64,000 bases of DNA. Source: Eledone cirrhosa (lineage: Eukaryota). Positions within the stretch are counted from its first letter, which is position 1, and the number at the start of each line of letters is the position of its first letter. Below the pieces are notes generated by a model, which worked only from the letters and a program-made list of their open reading frames with translations, had not been told where the DNA came from and ran no database searches. The stretch covers positions 283,402,001 to 283,466,000 of the forward strand of contig OZ024741.1 of NCBI GenBank assembly GCA_964016885.1, in the 5' to 3' direction. The translations under genes and the position numbers were made by a program. Positions 61,001-64,000 of this stretch are shown one piece after another.

Positions 61001-61285
61001 CACACCCTTCCACCACTTGTTTATCTTCATGTTTATTTTTATTTTTATTATTTTTAAATATTTATTTTCATTTGTACCCTTACGCCGTTTCCTCTCCCTC
61101 CCCCTTTTTTCTAAATGTCTCTCCCCCACTCCCCTACACACCCTTGGAACTCTCTTCCCAGACACTTTTCGCCTGAAGAAGGGCTTATGCCCGAAACGTC
61201 GTTCCCCACCCCACTCTCAAGAGCGTGAAACTAATAAACCTTTGTTCGTACTGCCTCTCTGTTTTGTTCCCGTTCCATTTTTCGC
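58081..61285 (+). mobile_element. Penelope-like element, Neptune-type, decayed
   Basis: IVIKPAYKGG (DKG motif), YFLPKLHKP..GRPIVS, LDIKSLYT, GVAM..MGPNYANLF, RYIDD, Cys linker CSKHRCNTC, GIY-YIG NLVYGLRC..YVGQTGR..RFTEH; C-rich strand; hammerhead and AATAAA at the 3' end. Confidence 0.9.
61170..61203 (+). ncRNA. Minimal type I hammerhead in Penelope pLTR
   Basis: CTGAAGA-A-GGGC-TTAT-GCCC-GAAA-CG-TC; stem I weak. Confidence 0.75.
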
Positions 61286-61343
61286 TATATATATATATAT
61301 ATATATGTATACATACATACATATATATGTATATATATATATA

Positions 61344-61444
61344 TTGTTATACTTTGGGAGGGTCAATAAAAACATATGCATCGGTTGATTATCACTTCAA
61401 TTTATTACAAACTTCCAGATAATAACCAGATGGTTGTTTATTTG

Positions 61445-61446
<2 letters not shown>
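61344..61446 (-). mobile_element. Naiad-type Penelope 3' terminal fragment
   Basis: Inverted near-identical partner of 57938-58065. Confidence 0.75.
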
Positions 61447-61529
<83 letters not shown>

Positions 61530-61659
61530 GAGGCTGTCAGTCAAACTAACAGCACATAGGCCACCTCCAAATTAAATATTTTCTATTTTTTCCTCTATTT
61601 TATCTATTTCTACTGCTTCGGATTGTGTTTACCATTATTCTTTTCTTGTGTAAGTATTA

Positions 61660-61728
61660 TGCAATATACACCTGATGATGTAGTCAGGATTCTACATAAC
61701 CTGGCCACTGAAATATTTAATGTTTGCA
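61660..61728 (+). ncRNA. Probable degenerate hammerhead
   Basis: CTGATGA-T-GTAGTCAGG..CCTGGCCAC-T-GAAA-TATT-TA; 8 of 9 pairs in stem II, imperfect stem I. Confidence 0.5.
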
Positions 61729-62347
61729 ACAATAAAACTTTGACGGAATTTCATCAATCTGGCCTCTTGTCATTTTATTCAATAATATATATATATATTT
61801 ATGCTATATGATTCACAGGATACCTTTGGGTCAAATTCTCTGGTAGGCAGCTTTCTTGTTTAAGCATTCATTCCTGATATACATAAACAAAACCTTATCT
61901 ACCTTCACGCACACACACACACCACGACCATATATGGTAAACACCAAAACCTTCACCTATACCAATGGTCAAAAAATAATTGTTCCACATCACAGCACAC
62001 AGATTGATAATATGAAACGCTTTATCCCCACTCCCTCACCTCTCTACTATCACACTAACTGACTGTATTTCATTCTATTTTTAACTTATCTACATTTACT
62101 TAGACGAAAATCCCATTGCTGAATTCTACTGTGTAATGAATAGTTGACTTCCACTATTATAGGCTTTCTGATGAAGTGTAATAAATAATTAAGTATTGTA
62201 TATGATTGAAGAATATATATTGTAGTCAGCATATGTAGACAATTATAATAGTCATAGAAACATATGTTAATGCAAATAATTTCCTAATCTCCTTCAGGCC
62301 GACATTTTATTTTTCTTGGTGCAATACTTGCTTATATTTATATATCA

Positions 62348-62578
<231 letters not shown>

Positions 62579-62629
62579 TGTATATATATACATACATACA
62601 TATATATGATAATGATGATGATGATGATA

Positions 62630-63368
62630 GTTATACTTTCGGAGGTTCATGGTGCCAATAAAAACATACACACCTGTTGGCTTTCACTTCAATTTATTAT
62701 AAACTTCCAGTTGGTTAGTTTAATAACCAGATGGTTGTTTATTTGTTTATTGCCAAACTCTTTCATTACACATTGTGTGACTTCCTCAATGACTAATTTG
62801 TTATTTTGTGTCTCTCCTTTGTTCTGTCCTACACCATCTTGTTTTTGTGAACTGCGTGCTGTGTTCATGGGTTGTGCATGCACTATACCCGGGTGTTTGT
62901 GTGTTTTTAGTTATTTATTTATATGTTTATTTACTATAGGCGGCAAATTGGAAGAGTCGTTAAGACATCAGATAGAATGCTTTACGGTGTTCGTCCCACC
63001 TCATTGCGCGCTCTGAGTTCAAATCCCGCTGTAGTCAACTTTGCCTTTCACCCTTCTGGAGTCAATAAAAAAAGTACCAGTCTAGTACTGGAGTCAATTC
63101 TCCCTCTATAGAAAAAATCGTCTGTGTTCAGACCTGGAGAGGGTTGGGCTCCACCAGGTTTAAAAGTGCCCTAGACACGCCGTATGATAGTGCCTCTCAT
63201 GGGATCTTTATCCTTTTACTTGTCACTAGTTGGTTGCTTGTTCAATTTGTGTGTGCTTGGTGTGTATTATTAGTTTGGTTCTTGTGTGTCTCTGTATGTC
63301 TTTATCTTGACCTTAATCACTGGTTGTGATGTTGTTGTTATTGCACTCATGTTCTCTGTTTAGTCCCT
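62630..63368 (-). mobile_element. Older Naiad-type Penelope 3' region, interrupted by a SINE; degenerate hammerhead ~62752-62793
   Basis: Homologous to 15422-15885; ORF end LNREHECNNNNITTSD*. Confidence 0.7.
62939..63095 (+). mobile_element. tRNA-derived SINE of a second family
   Basis: B box GAGTTCAAATCCC followed by GTCAACTTTGCCTTTCACCCTTCTGGAGTCAATAAAA..AGTACCAG. Confidence 0.65.
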
Positions 63369-64000
63369 AGAGATGGGAAAATGTTGCCAGTGGCCAATAC
63401 AGAGTTCAATTCTTTATAGCAACCACTGGCAACATTTTCCTCTCTCATGGGGTCTTCACCCAATTTCTATAAGCTATTTTATAGCAACTGACTGTAATTA
63501 CAGTTATTTTCTGTCTGAGAATCCTAATCTTTTTACAGATTTATGTCCTTGGCACTTAGTATTTTTGAAAATTTGAAATGAAGGAATGTTTTAATGGCCT
63601 GGCGTTGCTTGGGATTCTAAACGTAGATTGGCATGTTTATCCCTCCTTTCTGAAACAGTACAGAGAAGTACGGAATACCTCGGCCTCGGGATGGTGTCTA
63701 CATTTTGTGCTTATAAAAAAAAAAATTGTCGTAGATTACCAGGGGTTTAACTTAATTGGGTGCCTGAGAGGAGTAAAATGTTCAACCCACGAAAGCCAAG
63801 ACAATAGGGTTAAGTAAAAGGGCATTCGACAAACCGAACATGTATTTGTTGTGCTATAGTACAATGAAAGCAATAGTTACAGAGCAGTAAGCATGTGGGG
63901 TTGCAGTGGTGGAGAGTGGTGTGGTCTTACTCCTTTCAATGTTTCGTTGTATGTTCACCAATTGATGCAGAAGTCCTAATTAAAAGTGAAGTCGCCTTGG

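Noticed and set aside
60423-61388. 321-aa Pro/His/Thr-rich ORF
   Set aside because: C/A-rich Penelope 3' UTR that is stop-poor by composition
62163-62273. CTGATGA...GAAA-CATATG-TT hammerhead-like spacing
   Set aside because: Stem II does not close next to the core and stem I is mismatched; at best a relic

Overview
AT-rich animal genomic DNA, nearly all repeats. The SINE/RTE repertoire suggests an octopus-like cephalopod (inference). No confident host gene is visible. Bases 1-35,200 are a very long interrupted (TA)n field containing six RTE LINE copies in alternating orientation, a decayed Naiad-type Penelope element, a twin-primed LINE fragment, a CR1/L2-type 3' end and short fold-back elements carrying hammerhead ribozymes. 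The rest holds older RTE copies, a mariner relic, a Gypsy-like LTR element, a Neptune-type Penelope, tRNA-derived SINEs and MITEs. Main observations: (1) about 20 clustered sense-strand A-to-G changes in one RTE copy, resembling a retrotransposed ADAR-hyperedited RNA, though a sequencing artefact is not excluded; (2) an LTR element whose primer-binding position matches the 5' end of tRNA-Phe, not a tRNA 3' end; (3) about a dozen type I hammerhead motifs, several in palindromic mini-elements sharing a downstream ACTC..GAG hairpin; (4) a PHD-like finger inserted in the RTE reverse transcriptase. All long Y/I/H/M-rich ORFs are microsatellite artefacts. Alignments and folds were done by eye.
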